Part shown: one piece after another, positions 19,297 to 29,730 of the stretch
Layout: each line of letters begins with the position of its first letter
How positions within the stretch are numbered: position 1 is the stretch's first letter
Origin: an uncultured delta proteobacterium
Lineage (GTDB): Bacteria; Desulfobacterota; Binatia; UBA9968
DNA length: 64,000 nt
Direction of reading: 5' to 3'
Assembly: GCA_963760795.1 (NCBI GenBank)
Contig: CAVXEP010000029.1
Coordinates: forward strand, 448,001-512,000
Notes under the pieces: model-generated
Database searches by the model: none
What the model was told of the DNA's origin: nothing
What the model saw: the letters and a program-made list of their open reading frames with translations, nothing else
Translations under genes and position numbers: made by a program

Positions 19297-20145
19297 TTAT
19301 GTTCCCGCTTTGGGCTGGGGAATTTCCGCCGGCCAATTTTCGATATAAACCGGTTCGGGCGGAAAGCCCAGGACATTGAGATAAAGATACTCGCGCCAAG
19401 CGGGAAAATACCGCACGTTATCCACCGGCACGTTGAAGTATTTGCGCAAGAAGTCGCGGCGCGGCGGATCGAAAACCGTACGCGGGCGGCTATTGAGCGC
19501 CTGGGCTTCGATCTCGCCGATGCGGCGCCGAATCGGCGTTTCGCCGTAGGTATCAATCTGTTCCCAGACGTAGTCGTGGATCTTCTGCAAGATCGCGTCG
19601 TGATGGGTGCGCTCTTCGGCATGAACCACGCGCTCTTCGAAATCGAGCAGCTTCGGCGTGGTGATTTGGATGCTCTGGATGCTTGCCGCCGTGCAGTGGC
19701 CGTAGGGCCACAAGTTGCCGGAAAAAATATAGCTGAGAAAATCGCGCTTCATGATTTGGTGGTGCTCGGTGCGCGGCGTCAGGCCATATTGACGCTCAAA
19801 TTCGGGGTCGGGTTTTGAGTGGTCGCGGCGCGGGTCAATGGCATTCGCTTGGCGGATATACCCCCAACCGTGGCCGGCTTCGGTGCCGATATGTTCGCCC
19901 AGATGATGGCGCCAATCGGCATCCATCTCGAAGTGAGACATGGCGTAGCATGCGGTGCCGACGGTGATTTCAAGTTCGTCGCGGCCGCGATGGGCGAGCC
20001 AGCGCGCTAAACGCTCGCGCTCCTCATCGTCTTTGGGCGGGCGCTTGAGGTTATCGCGGCTCTTGCGGAAAGCCTCCAACTCCGCGCTGATCGGATTATC
20101 CTCGCTGTAAGTGATTTTCTTGCCAACGCCTCGGATATCGGCCAT
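19297..20145 (-). CDS. Hypothetical ferritin-like (putative diiron) protein
   Basis: RBS aggagg; E in RDELE plus two ExxH motifs (TEAGH, EERTHH). Confidence 0.6.
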   Translation of the reverse strand: MADIRGVGKKITYSEDNPISAELEAFRKSRDNLKRPPKDDEERERLARWLAHRGRDELEITVGTACYAMSHFEMDADWRHHLGEHIGTEAGHGWGYIRQANAIDPRRDHSKPDPEFERQYGLTPRTEHHQIMKRDFLSYIFSGNLWPYGHCTAASIQSIQITTPKLLDFEERVVHAEERTHHDAILQKIHDYVWEQIDTYGETPIRRRIGEIEAQALNSRPRTVFDPPRRDFLRKYFNVPVDNVRYFPAWREYLYLNVLGFPPEPVYIENWPAEIPQPKAGT

Positions 20146-20164
20146 AACAACCTCCTAAACATTG

Positions 20165-21178
20165 CTACTTTGTCGCATAGAGCGACCGGACAAAGCCTTC
20201 CTTATCGATGCGTTCAAGCAGGCTCATGTCTAACACGCCGAAGGGATTTCGATTCGACTGATTGGGTGACAGCTTGATCACGGTCTCAATCGCCTCTTTC
20301 GGCACCAGCGGCAGCCGCTCGTAGAGCGCGACGACTCTTTGATAAACTTCGTCGATAACCTCCGGGTCAGTGAGCCTCATGTTTCGACTGATGGTCCTCT
20401 TTGCCATATCTGGATTGGTCAGTGCAAGTTTGAGCCCATGCAGGAGCCCCTTGAGAAATCGTCCCAGCGCCATCGGCGATTTCTCCAGCACCGCTCGGGT
20501 GGTCACCACCGAAGTAAACATACAGGGAATCCGTGCCGTGGCCAAATCGATGATCATGTGAAGTGCCAATTTTCTCGCTTCGATGGTTTCCGGTGGCGAT
20601 AACAGCGCGGCGTCGACAACCCCAGTGAACAGCGCCTGGGAGACGAGCCCCAACCGACCGAACGCGATTAGCTTGACATCCCGCGACGAATCGAGCCCGG
20701 CGCGCTGCAGCATAACCGCGGTAGCCAAGTTGAGCGACGTGCCCGGCAGCGTGTTGGCAATCATTTTTCCTTTGAGGTCTTTGAGCTGCGAAATCTCCGG
20801 CTTGGCCCAAAGTTGATAGGGAACGGTGTTCACTAGCCCGCCGATGATGCGCACGTCCACGCCTTTGAGAAAAGCGCTCAACGCCTGGCCGCCGCCGACA
20901 ATGGCGACATCCAAGCTGCGCGCATCCAAAGCGCGAATCATGGTGGTGCCAGCTGACTGGATAAACTCCACGTTCACGCCGTAAAGGTCGAACAATTTCT
21001 GCTCCACGGCTATCGAACCTGCCAACTGGGTCGCAGTCGCTCCGGAAAATCCAAGACGAAGCGATTCCGCGCTCCAAACGCTGGCGCTCTGATGAACGAA
21101 GATGAACGCCACGAGAGCAAGAAGTACGCGCAACTTGGGTATGAAACAGAGAACTTTATTGGCTAACATTGATATCAT
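20165..21178 (-). CDS. ABC transporter substrate-binding protein (NMT1/SsuA family)
   Basis: Signal peptide, LRLGFSG, KPEISQLKDLKGK, GVVDAALLSPP. Confidence 0.85.
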   Translation of the reverse strand: MISMLANKVLCFIPKLRVLLALVAFIFVHQSASVWSAESLRLGFSGATATQLAGSIAVEQKLFDLYGVNVEFIQSAGTTMIRALDARSLDVAIVGGGQALSAFLKGVDVRIIGGLVNTVPYQLWAKPEISQLKDLKGKMIANTLPGTSLNLATAVMLQRAGLDSSRDVKLIAFGRLGLVSQALFTGVVDAALLSPPETIEARKLALHMIIDLATARIPCMFTSVVTTRAVLEKSPMALGRFLKGLLHGLKLALTNPDMAKRTISRNMRLTDPEVIDEVYQRVVALYERLPLVPKEAIETVIKLSPNQSNRNPFGVLDMSLLERIDKEGFVRSLYATK

Positions 21179-21443
21179 TTCTTGTTATCGTGCCACTGGC
21201 ATTCCGTAAGAACGTCTTTCCTCCGGGGTCAACTGTCGCGATACACGAGACCGAGTCTTTGACAGAAGTCGCTCAAGTCCGACGTCGAACCCGCCAATCC
21301 ATTCCTCGAACCGATCTTGAACGGCAAGTCGCCGCGGGAAAAAGACGGGGTCTCTGCTGTCTCAACGCTGCTCCCCAACGCTCTACATCTCGCCGATGCT
21401 GAAGATTGTCCGCTAACAAATTTAACCAGCATCCCGTGCGATC

Positions 21444-22443
21444 TTAACGCAAGTACTTCTTGTAGTCGTCCATGATTGGATTGAGACGATCGGCGATGGT
21501 GAAGTCCTCGGAAATCACTTTGATGCGGGCCAATTCCTCCTGGGGAATATCGCTGCGCGAAATCACCCGCCCCATTTTTCTGACCAACATTTGCCCTTCC
21601 TTGGAAAGCACGTAGTCGATGAAAACCTTCCCGGCGTTGGCATGGGGCGCGTTCGCGGCAAGCGCGAGAGGATGAATATTTTTCGTGACAAACGGCATCG
21701 GCGCGGCATCGATGGGCGCGCCGCGATTCTTAAAGCGCAGCACCTGGGTGTCATAAACAAAGCCGATACTGAACTCGCCGGCGGCAATCATTTGCGTCAC
21801 CAACACTTGGGCGCCGCGAAATTGAAGCTCCTGGCGCGACAGCCCCTGGAAAAATTTTCTGCCGCGCTCTTCGCCCATGATTTTCAGCATGGTGGCGAAC
21901 CAGGAATACTGCCCTTCGGGAAAACCGATCTGGCCTTTCCACGCCTGGGTCCAAAAGATCCTCGTAGCGTTTGGGAATTTTGTCCTTGGGCACCAATTTG
22001 GTGTTGTAGGCGACCATGCGCAGATTCGAATACATATCGGCCCAGCGCCCCGCCGGATCTCGCGAATCGGCCATGAACGAAGAAAACTCCGGTATCGTGT
22101 GACGCGCCAGCAAGCCCATCTTGCCGAGCAAATGAATCTCCATGCCGCTGTTGGTGACGGCATCGAAGAAATGGCTGCCGGCGCGCCCCTCGGTGATGAC
22201 TCGCTGCAAAAGCTTCTCACTGCCCAAGCGGGTGATGTCGACGCGAATCGCTGGATATTTGGCCTGAAAGGCGTCCGCGACCACCTTGCTTTCTTCCGCG
22301 CCCATGGACGTGTAGAAATTGACCCGCCCTTCTTTCTTGGCGAGTTCGACGGTCTTGTCGTCGGCTGCGTCGATCGCCGTCGGGCAACGGCCGGCGCAAA
22401 AAGTCAGGAAAAAGATCAGGAAGAACTTTCTCGTTGCGCTCAT
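21444..22443 (-). CDS. Extracellular solute-binding protein (Fe(III)/AfuA-like), frameshift near 21945
   Basis: AKKEGRVNFYTS, AYNTKLV..YEDLLDP/AWKGQI, APHANAGKVFIDYVLSKEGQ; ATG overlaps upstream TGA. Confidence 0.82.
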
Positions 22444-23078
22444 TTTCGATCCCAAATCGCGCTGATGTCGGCAGCCGAGACAACTTCGAAAAACGTCTGC
22501 TCCATCAGCTTGAGCGCCATTTCATGCAATTCGCGGTTGCGCGAGCCGACACAATCTTTCAAGACAACCACGTCGTAGCCAAGATTACGCGCGCTGCGCG
22601 CGGTGCCCTCGACGCCGCCTTCGGTGGCGACACCGCCGATGAGAATCGTTTTGATGCCGTTGCTGCGCAGCATCAGGTCGAGATCGGTGCCGATAAAGCC
22701 GTCGGGCCGCCGTTTATGAAAGACGATGTCTTGCGGCTGGGGTGTCAATTCGGCGACGATCTCGCGGTCATGGGGATCTTCTTTCTCGCTCAAGAGCTGC
22801 TTGGGATCGCTCACTTTGGCGCGCTTCATTCTGATGCGCACCCAGACGCCGGCTTCTTCCTTCGCCAGGTCGAAACCGGTCTGCACCGAATAAAAAACCC
22901 GCACGCCACTACGCCGCGCCAAGGCGGAAAGCTCCTGAAGCTTCGGCAGCAGGTCTTTGTAGTTGAAAGCATTGGGAGCGATGGCGTACTCCATGTCCCA
23001 AATCAGCAAGGCCGTGTGGGAGGGATCGACGATCTCCGCAAAGGTGCTGGCGATTTTTTTACCGGCGATCTCGAACAT
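22440..23078 (-). CDS. Isochorismatase-family hydrolase lacking the nucleophilic Cys
   Basis: TALLIWDM, KRRPDGF.GTDLD, GVATEGGVEGTAR, GYDVVVLKDC. Confidence 0.88.
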   Translation of the reverse strand: MFEIAGKKIASTFAEIVDPSHTALLIWDMEYAIAPNAFNYKDLLPKLQELSALARRSGVRVFYSVQTGFDLAKEEAGVWVRIRMKRAKVSDPKQLLSEKEDPHDREIVAELTPQPQDIVFHKRRPDGFIGTDLDLMLRSNGIKTILIGGVATEGGVEGTARSARNLGYDVVVLKDCVGSRNRELHEMALKLMEQTFFEVVSAADISAIWDRK

Positions 23079-23393
23079 GATTCACCTCCGTATGAACTGT
23101 CTAGCCCAGACTATTCGCGGTAAAACTGCGATCGAGCTGCAACCCTTCCGGCACGAAGGCAAAGCAGTTGTGTCTTGAAGATGCCAGCGGGACGAGTTGC
23201 TTGTGCGATCAGCAGCGAAAAGGTCAAACATCGTGCCCAGCATCGAGCACAAGATGAAACATTCGCGCCAGTGCCTTCGTTCCTCCAGGGTTACACCTCG
23301 ATCGACAGAGTGTAATTAGGCTTCCTCGTAACATTAATCCCGGCGTAGCTTTTCACAGGGCCATGCACATTTAGCCGCCAATGCCGCTGAACC

Positions 23394-25100
23394 CTACAGA
23401 GAGGGGTGGCCGTTGTGGTGGTTTCTCAAGACGCGGCCGGGAAAAGCGCCGGTGTGCTCGCCGTCTTGTACCAAGATGGCACCATTGACCATGGTGGTTT
23501 TCACGCCGATGGCGCGCTGGATGAGACGCTTTTCCCCGCCCGGCAAGTCGTTGACCATTTCCGGCTCACACTCGCGTACGGTCTGCGGGTCGAAGAGCAC
23601 CAGGTCGGCGGCCATACCTGGGCGAATCAGGCCGCGATCGTATAGACCGAAGACTGACGCGACCATGAAAGTAAGCTTGCGGATAGCTTCTTCCAACGGC
23701 ATCACGGCTTTTTCGCGCACCCAGTAACCGAGAAAACGCGTCGCGTAGCCGTAGCCGGCATGATAGACGAGATGAGCGCCGGCATCGGACTGGCCGACCA
23801 AAGTGATCGGACTCTTGAGGATCTCGGCGGTGGCTTCCTCGTCGCGACTGCCGGAATTCTGGAACATGGTCTCGAGGTTCTCTTCCACCGCGATATCGAG
23901 AAAGGTGTCGATCACGTCCTTATTCAGCGACTGGGCGATTTCTTCGACGCTCTTACCCTCAAGCGGTTGATTCTTCGCCTGGACGGCTTTGATTAAAAAA
24001 ATCTGGTCCCAGCGCCGGGAAAACGTCGTCGGTTTTTGGTCTTCCACCGCTTCGAAACGGAGCTGTCGGCGCCGTTCGGTGTCGCTGAAAAGCTCCGCCC
24101 GTTGCTCCACCGGGGCAAACATCACCTGTTTCCAACTCGGCAGATCGTCGAAGGTTTGCGCGTTCTTGAGGGTAAAGCGGCCGTTGAACAGACGGGCGTT
24201 GGTGAGCGGATAAGAAGGAGCGCCCGACGCGAGGGAGTCTTGCGCCAAATCGAGCAGCTTGCGCCATAGCTCCGGGGCGTTCCACCGATGGGCGATGCTT
24301 TGCCAGATCACCGGCCGGCCGGAGGTCGAAGCGAGACGGCGAAAGAAATCGATATCTTCCTCCACCGGTCGCGCAGTTCCCAGGGTGCCGCGCGAGATTT
24401 GCATGGAGCCGCAATTGAGTTCGCCCAGCACACTCGCCAGTTCGACAATCTCCTCGTCGGTGGCCAGGCGGCTCGGTATCGGCCGGCCATCCTCACGCAT
24501 ATGGCGGCGATTTTGATTGGTCGAAAACCCGATCGCCCCAGCCTTCATGCCTTCTCTGACCAGAGCTTTCATCTGAGCGATTTCCGCGGGTATCGCGGCG
24601 CGCTCCGAAGACTCCTCGCCCATGACGAATTGACGCACGGCGCAGTGTCCCATGAGCGCGGCGACATTGACGCCGAGTTTCTCCTGCAGCCGGTCGAGAT
24701 ATTGCGGGAAGCTGGTCCATTCCCATTTGACCGCTTGGCGCAGCACTTGAGAGGGCATCGCCTCGACCCGAACGAAGCTGCCGATCAAATTGTCGCGGTC
24801 TTGCGCGCGGCATGGGGCGAGGGACAGGCCGCAGTTGCCGGGAATCAGAGTCGTCACTCCGTGGAAACAAGAGGAGGTTGCCAGCGGGTCCCACAGGAGC
24901 TGGGCATCCATGTGCGTGTGAAAATCGATAAAGCCGGGCGCCACGGCCAAACCTTCGGCATTGACGACGCGCCGCGCGCTGTCATTGATCCGCCCCACTT
25001 CGACGATCCGATCGCCGTTAATCGCGACATCGCCGAAATAGGAAGGCAATCCGCTGCCGTCATAAATCCGTCCGCCCTTGATCACGACATCGTAAGCCAT
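23394..25100 (-). CDS. N-acyl-D-amino-acid deacylase-family amidohydrolase
   Basis: YDVVIKGGRIYDGSG, PGFIDFHTHMD, GNCG, SDAGAH, GMAADLVLFDP. Confidence 0.9.
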   Translation of the reverse strand: MAYDVVIKGGRIYDGSGLPSYFGDVAINGDRIVEVGRINDSARRVVNAEGLAVAPGFIDFHTHMDAQLLWDPLATSSCFHGVTTLIPGNCGLSLAPCRAQDRDNLIGSFVRVEAMPSQVLRQAVKWEWTSFPQYLDRLQEKLGVNVAALMGHCAVRQFVMGEESSERAAIPAEIAQMKALVREGMKAGAIGFSTNQNRRHMREDGRPIPSRLATDEEIVELASVLGELNCGSMQISRGTLGTARPVEEDIDFFRRLASTSGRPVIWQSIAHRWNAPELWRKLLDLAQDSLASGAPSYPLTNARLFNGRFTLKNAQTFDDLPSWKQVMFAPVEQRAELFSDTERRRQLRFEAVEDQKPTTFSRRWDQIFLIKAVQAKNQPLEGKSVEEIAQSLNKDVIDTFLDIAVEENLETMFQNSGSRDEEATAEILKSPITLVGQSDAGAHLVYHAGYGYATRFLGYWVREKAVMPLEEAIRKLTFMVASVFGLYDRGLIRPGMAADLVLFDPQTVRECEPEMVNDLPGGEKRLIQRAIGVKTTMVNGAILVQDGEHTGAFPGRVLRNHHNGHPSL

Positions 25101-25285
25101 GAAGCCTCCTGTGCTGGTGAAATCGTTAAAGTCTCTCGGTCGGTCTTAGACCGGCGTGGGCAATCCTTCGGTTGCTATGAACTCGGTTCTGAGGTCGCTT
25201 ATAATCAACGTGGTTATCAGCTGTCAACGTCAAATCGAATCAAACCGATTTTCTCCCTCTCATGGATCTGTTGCTCGACTCCTGG

Positions 25286-25323
25286 TGTCATTCCGAGGCC
25301 CTTCAACTTTACTCAGGATGACA
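25286..25323. repeat. REP-like palindrome
   Basis: tgtcattccgag...ctcaggatgaca; related to 57663-57724. Confidence 0.55.
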
Positions 25324-25373
25324 GCAATCAGACTTTTGCGGATTGCGACACAGTCTCGAAGCTCGGAAGTGCT

Positions 25374-26384
25374 TTAGCGATCCCAGCCATAAAGTCTCAT
25401 GGCGTTGGCACTGAGAATTTTATTTTTCGCACTTTCCGAAATATCCTTGCGTTCTTTAAGCGTCGAGACCATGTAGGGAAAGTTACCGTCCCAGTGGGGA
25501 TAATCTGACGCGAAAAGAATCACATCTTCGCCGACTCGATCGAGCACGAAGGGTAAAGTCGCCTCTTCCGGCTCCGCGGCGTAGAACCAGTTGCCGCGGG
25601 CCATGTATTCGCTGGGCTTGGCCTTGAGCAAGGGCGCCTCGGATTTTCGCTTCTCCCACTCTTCATCCATGCGATCCATCCAGTAGGGCACCCAGCCCGC
25701 GCCGCATTCGAGAAAGGCAATGCGCAGCTTGGGAAATTGTTCCGGCACGCCGCCATACATGAGCGCAGCACAATCGATCAGCGTCTCGATGGGGCGGCCA
25801 ATCGTATGCTTGAACAGAAAAGTATCGAAACGAATCTCGCCCGCCGGTCCCTGGCGGGAATTGTGCACCAGCAGCGGCACGTTGAGCCGCTGGATCTCCT
25901 CGTAGATCGGCCAAAATTCCGGCTTGCCGAGATGCTCTTTCATGCCAAAAGAGGCGATGGCGATTCCCGCCAGTGCGAGCTTGGTCACGGCACGATTTAC
26001 TTCTTCCACGGCGGCGGCGACATTTTGAAAGGGCACCAGAGCTACTCCCTTGATGCGCGGGCTTTCCTTGCAGTGTTCAGCGATCCAGTTGTTGTAAGCA
26101 CGGCAATACGCCGCTGCGTAGTCCTTTTCGGTAAGTTGGCTCATGTGAAAGGCGCTGGTCGGGAACAGCACTGAAGTATCGATGGTTTCTTTATCCATGT
26201 CACGAAGTCTCATCGCGACATCGCTGACCCTCAGCCCAAGCGTGCCATACATACTGGAGTCCCACTCGTCGCCGGGTAAAAGCGATCCGCGTCGTTTGCA
26301 ATAGGGCTCTTCCAAATGCGGTCTGATATCGGTATCGCGCTCCTGGACATGTCCGTCGGAATCTATGACTCTCAGAGTTGCCAT
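25374..26384 (-). CDS. Amidohydrolase family protein (Amidohydro_2)
   Basis: IDSDGHVQE, PLLVH, FLECGAGWVP, FASDYPHWD, NAMRLY. Confidence 0.9.
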   Translation of the reverse strand: MATLRVIDSDGHVQERDTDIRPHLEEPYCKRRGSLLPGDEWDSSMYGTLGLRVSDVAMRLRDMDKETIDTSVLFPTSAFHMSQLTEKDYAAAYCRAYNNWIAEHCKESPRIKGVALVPFQNVAAAVEEVNRAVTKLALAGIAIASFGMKEHLGKPEFWPIYEEIQRLNVPLLVHNSRQGPAGEIRFDTFLFKHTIGRPIETLIDCAALMYGGVPEQFPKLRIAFLECGAGWVPYWMDRMDEEWEKRKSEAPLLKAKPSEYMARGNWFYAAEPEEATLPFVLDRVGEDVILFASDYPHWDGNFPYMVSTLKERKDISESAKNKILSANAMRLYGWDR

Positions 26385-26571
26385 TTTAACCTCCTACTTC
26401 ATGCGAAGATTTCATGAACACGCTTAGCAATCTTCAGTTGTTGCGTACAGGCGTGATCGACCCGAGATCGCCGGCAACGGTCGCTTATGGCAATCACACA
26501 ATGCACCGGTGCGCTGGAAACGCTGGGCGTGTTTCACAGCCGCGCTTAAGTGCGTTCACGCGCTGAGCGAA

Positions 26572-26780
26572 CTATTCAAATACGTCCAACAGATTTCCCT
26601 CCGGGTCGCATAACTGGTGCTGGCCGTAACGGCAGCCCGCTAACAGGCGCATGACGACCTCATTTTCCGACGGTAAAATAGGTGTCTTGGGCGACATCCA
26701 TTCCGGGTCGACGCCGGTGAGGATTTCCAGATCCTTTTTAAAGTTCGCGACGCTTTCGACTTTGAAACCGACATGCTGAC
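26572..26780 (-). pseudogene. 3'-end remnant of a VOC/glyoxalase-family gene
   Basis: QHVGFKVESVANFKKDL...QLCDPEGNLLDVFE*; no intact 5' part. Confidence 0.65.
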
Positions 26781-26825
26781 ATCGAAAATCTTCCGACCTT
26801 CGTGATCTTCATACTACTATCCATT

Positions 26826-26904
26826 AGAATTTGCGGCGCCTGCGCAAATTTTCTGGCCTACCGATCACCGCTCCGCCGCCCCAGGGCGTATGCCATACGC
26901 CCCT
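26826..26904. repeat. Cluster of short palindromes
   Basis: aatttgcg..cgcaaatt and gggcgtatgccatacgccc. Confidence 0.55.
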
Positions 26905-27175
26905 ACGCTCGGACTTCCTCTTGGAATTTATTTTGCGCCCTTTGTGGTTAAATTTCCGAATCCTGCTCTTTTCTTTGGATGCGGCTTCGCAGCGCGGTCT
27001 CCTTCGTGGTGAACAATATCTTCGCTTCTACTTGTCCGACCGCGCCGCGGCGGCGCTTATTCGAGACACCAGCGATCCTATTTGCGAACCGTGCTCTTGT
27101 CCAATGCTTTAAAGAAACCTTCTTTTTCGAGTTCGTCGCATCATCTGAATCGGCGCGCCTGACGGCGCGTCATCG

Positions 27176-27206
27176 TAAATCCATTTAATCCTCACAAACG
27201 TAGGTA
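27176..27206 (+). promoter_or_regulatory. Putative ECF-sigma promoter of the DUF4394 gene
   Basis: TAAATCC-N16-CGTAGGTA, same boxes and spacing as 33005-33035 (-). Confidence 0.75.
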
Positions 27207-27239
27207 CTTGCAGATGCGATAAAACCCAAGGAGGATTTC

Positions 27240-28121
27240 ATGATGAAGAGATTTGTATGGATTCTGGTGGTTTTTGTGGCCGTGCTGGCGGCCCAGGCAG
27301 CTAACGCCGCTCAAGCAGGCTGCGGCAACCGTAGCCGCATAACTAACAGTGGTCGGTTGAACACCATCCTCGCGCTCACAGACGATCAACGGCTGCTGCG
27401 GTTCCAGGAGTGTAGCACACGAACCCGCCAAATTGGCAGCATAGCCGGGCTTCAAGCGGGGGACACGGCGCTGGTGGGCATGGATTTCCGCATCCAGGAT
27501 GGTCTGCTCTATGGCGTTGGCAACGGCGGCGGTCTGTACACAATCAACACAGACACGGCGGTGGCCACCCCGGTTGGGCAGTTGACGGTTGCCCTTAGCG
27601 GCAACTCCTTCGGCGTGGACTTTAATCCGGCCGCCAACGCTCTGCGAATCATCAGCGACAACGGCCAGAACCTCAGACATCCATTTGCCAATCTGCAGAC
27701 GGCTACGACCGCAGTCGACGGCGCCCTCAACTATGCCGGCAACGCGGCGACTGGGGTCATCGGCGCCGCCTATACGAACAACGATCTCGAGCCGAACACG
27801 GCGACGACTCTATTTAATATCGACACGTCGTTAAACCAAGTCAACGTCCAGTCGCCGGCGAATGCCGGCTCGCTTGCGCCAGCCGGCATGTTGACCGTCG
27901 ATGCCGACACACCGGTCGGATTCGACATCTACACGGAGGCGCGGGATGATCGGAGCATCGACGATCGGGCCATCAACAACAGTGGCTTCGCATCGCTAGT
28001 CGTGGCTGGTGTAACTGGATTCTATCGAATTAATCTCCTAACCGGAGAGGCTTTCTTTATCGATGACTTTAGCGATGCGGTGATCGACATCGCCATTCCG
28101 CTCAACCAGAGATCAAGATAG
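27240..28121 (+). CDS. Secreted DUF4394-domain protein
   Basis: RBS aaggagg, signal peptide, LVGMDFR..DGLLYG, FGVDFNPAANALRIISDNGQNLR, AAYTNND, GFDIY. Confidence 0.85.
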   Translation: MMKRFVWILVVFVAVLAAQAANAAQAGCGNRSRITNSGRLNTILALTDDQRLLRFQECSTRTRQIGSIAGLQAGDTALVGMDFRIQDGLLYGVGNGGGLYTINTDTAVATPVGQLTVALSGNSFGVDFNPAANALRIISDNGQNLRHPFANLQTATTAVDGALNYAGNAATGVIGAAYTNNDLEPNTATTLFNIDTSLNQVNVQSPANAGSLAPAGMLTVDADTPVGFDIYTEARDDRSIDDRAINNSGFASLVVAGVTGFYRINLLTGEAFFIDDFSDAVIDIAIPLNQRSR

Positions 28122-28133
28122 CTGAGAAGCGAG

Positions 28134-28175
28134 AAAGGGGTTAGTTCGCACGCTGCCGTGACTAACCCCTTTTTT
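28134..28175 (+). terminator. Rho-independent terminator
   Basis: aaaggggttagt...actaacccc followed by tttttt, right after the DUF4394 stop. Confidence 0.8.
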
Positions 28176-28393
28176 CACCCGGCCCACCGCGCAAAGCAAT
28201 GGGCTAAAATACTTTTTCGACAATCGCGGGCTTTTCACAGCTTCGGTTCAATCAGATATCTAGTGGGCCGAACGCCTTTGTGTCCGAGGCGTTGTAAATC
28301 TCAATGCTCCGTTTCTCAGCACACCAATCAGTTGAGATTTTGGATTCCATGGATGTGAGAACGGCTGCTCACGCGCGGTGATGTCGGAAGCGC

Positions 28394-28714
28394 TCAGACC
28401 ACACCGGCATCCAACAGCGAGTAAACGATATCTTTTAGCGATGGGTCGATGGTATCGAGGCGGGTCACCGCCGGGCCGCCGGCGAGTGAATTGACGATCT
28501 CCGGCAGATCCTCTTTCTGGACGCCGGCGTACCAGTTTTTTTGCGGATGCACGACGACATTAGGGCCAAAGTCGCAGCCGCCGAAGCAGATATAAGACTT
28601 CACTTCAGCGTCAATGCCTTTGGCGGCGACCATCTCGGTGAGTTCGTTCATCAGCGCTTCCGAGCCGCGGCTCTGGCAGTCGATATTTTGGCAGACAAAG
28701 CAAGTTTGTTTCAT
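28394..28714 (-). CDS. Thioredoxin-like [2Fe-2S] ferredoxin
   Basis: FVCQNIDC..GS, ICFGGCDFGPNVVVHP..WY. Confidence 0.88.
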   Translation of the reverse strand: MKQTCFVCQNIDCQSRGSEALMNELTEMVAAKGIDAEVKSYICFGGCDFGPNVVVHPQKNWYAGVQKEDLPEIVNSLAGGPAVTRLDTIDPSLKDIVYSLLDAGVV

Positions 28715-28816
28715 GGTGATGATTTCCCCTTTTCACTAGAGTAATTATCTGAGAAGTTCAGCCAGTGTCAATATGAGGTGGGCGAAAGCCTTAATGGCGT
28801 CAGGCAAGCAGCAAAA

Positions 28817-29326
28817 ATGCGCAAGCGAAGCGGCAAATTGAAATCAACTGCCAAGAAGCGGTCCAGGGTCTCGGTCAAGCGAGTTTCCGCCGAGAAAGAT
28901 CTTGCGCTGGCCTACGCCATCCGGATCAGAGTGTTCGTCAAGGAACAGGGCGTGCCCAGTGACATCGAGTTGGATGACGACGACCAGAGGGCGATTCATT
29001 TTCTCGCCAGCGTCGGCGCCAAAGCGGTTGGCACGGCAAGGGTGGTGTGGCATCGCGGCGCCGCCAAGATCGGCCGCATGGCGGTGCTGAAAAGCTACCG
29101 GCGCAGAGGCGTGGGCCGGCGATTGCTAACGCGGGCGGTCGCGGTCGCGCGACGGTTGCAAGCGCGGCGGATTTACTTGCACGCACAAGTCGCTGTGAGC
29201 GGTTTCTACGAGCGCCTGAACTTTCGCGGTACTGGAGCGATCTTCGACGAAGCAGGCATCGCCCATCGGAAAATGATCTGGCGCGGGCGCCTGTCGGGTC
29301 GCCAACGACGGGTCAATAAACACTAG
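28817..29326 (+). CDS. GNAT N-acetyltransferase (ElaA/YjcF-like)
   Basis: IRIRVFVKEQGVP..ELD, KIGRMAVL..YRRRGVG, LHAQ, FDEAGIAH. Confidence 0.88.
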   Translation: MRKRSGKLKSTAKKRSRVSVKRVSAEKDLALAYAIRIRVFVKEQGVPSDIELDDDDQRAIHFLASVGAKAVGTARVVWHRGAAKIGRMAVLKSYRRRGVGRRLLTRAVAVARRLQARRIYLHAQVAVSGFYERLNFRGTGAIFDEAGIAHRKMIWRGRLSGRQRRVNKH

Positions 29327-29730
29327 CCGAGCAAAGCCAGGAAGTGTCCCGTCGTGTCGAAGTTACAAAACCGTCGCGTAGTTCCGGTGGCGCGGCTTGC
29401 TAAACGCCGGACCCTGAGTGGCTCAAGTCCGGTGGCCGAAAGTTCCTAAATCGCGCCGAAATATCTCTGGATTGCCGATTTGCTTGTTCAGCTTCTCCCT
29501 GTGACGGCCCAATTCGGTCGGTCCATCTTTCGTAGAACTTCCAGAAGTGCGATTTTCTTCCTAGCCTCACCGAGGTTCAATTGGCCTCACCGTTGCTACC
29601 TTGTCTCGGCGACGACGCAATCGAAAAGATTCCTAACTACTCATAACCATCCCGGCAGTCGGCGATTAGCGCGCATGCGCCATTGGAACCCAATGGCTGA
29701 CAGTGTCGCCGGGAGAAATTGGAGGGACCC

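Noticed and set aside
23224-23240. Sigma-54 promoter upstream of the isochorismatase gene
   Set aside because: GGCACG is present on the minus strand but the -12 position reads GA, not GC.
24288-25508. 406-aa plus-strand ORF and similar long antisense ORFs (52874-53845, 56781-57722, 62134-63135)
   Set aside because: Antisense to well-supported genes, as expected in GC-rich DNA; no recognisable motifs.
29330-29480. Riboswitch or ncRNA in the GNAT-TonB intergenic region
   Set aside because: Only one modest hairpin (ccggac..gtccgg) and no recognisable aptamer consensus; an Rfam/Infernal scan would be needed.
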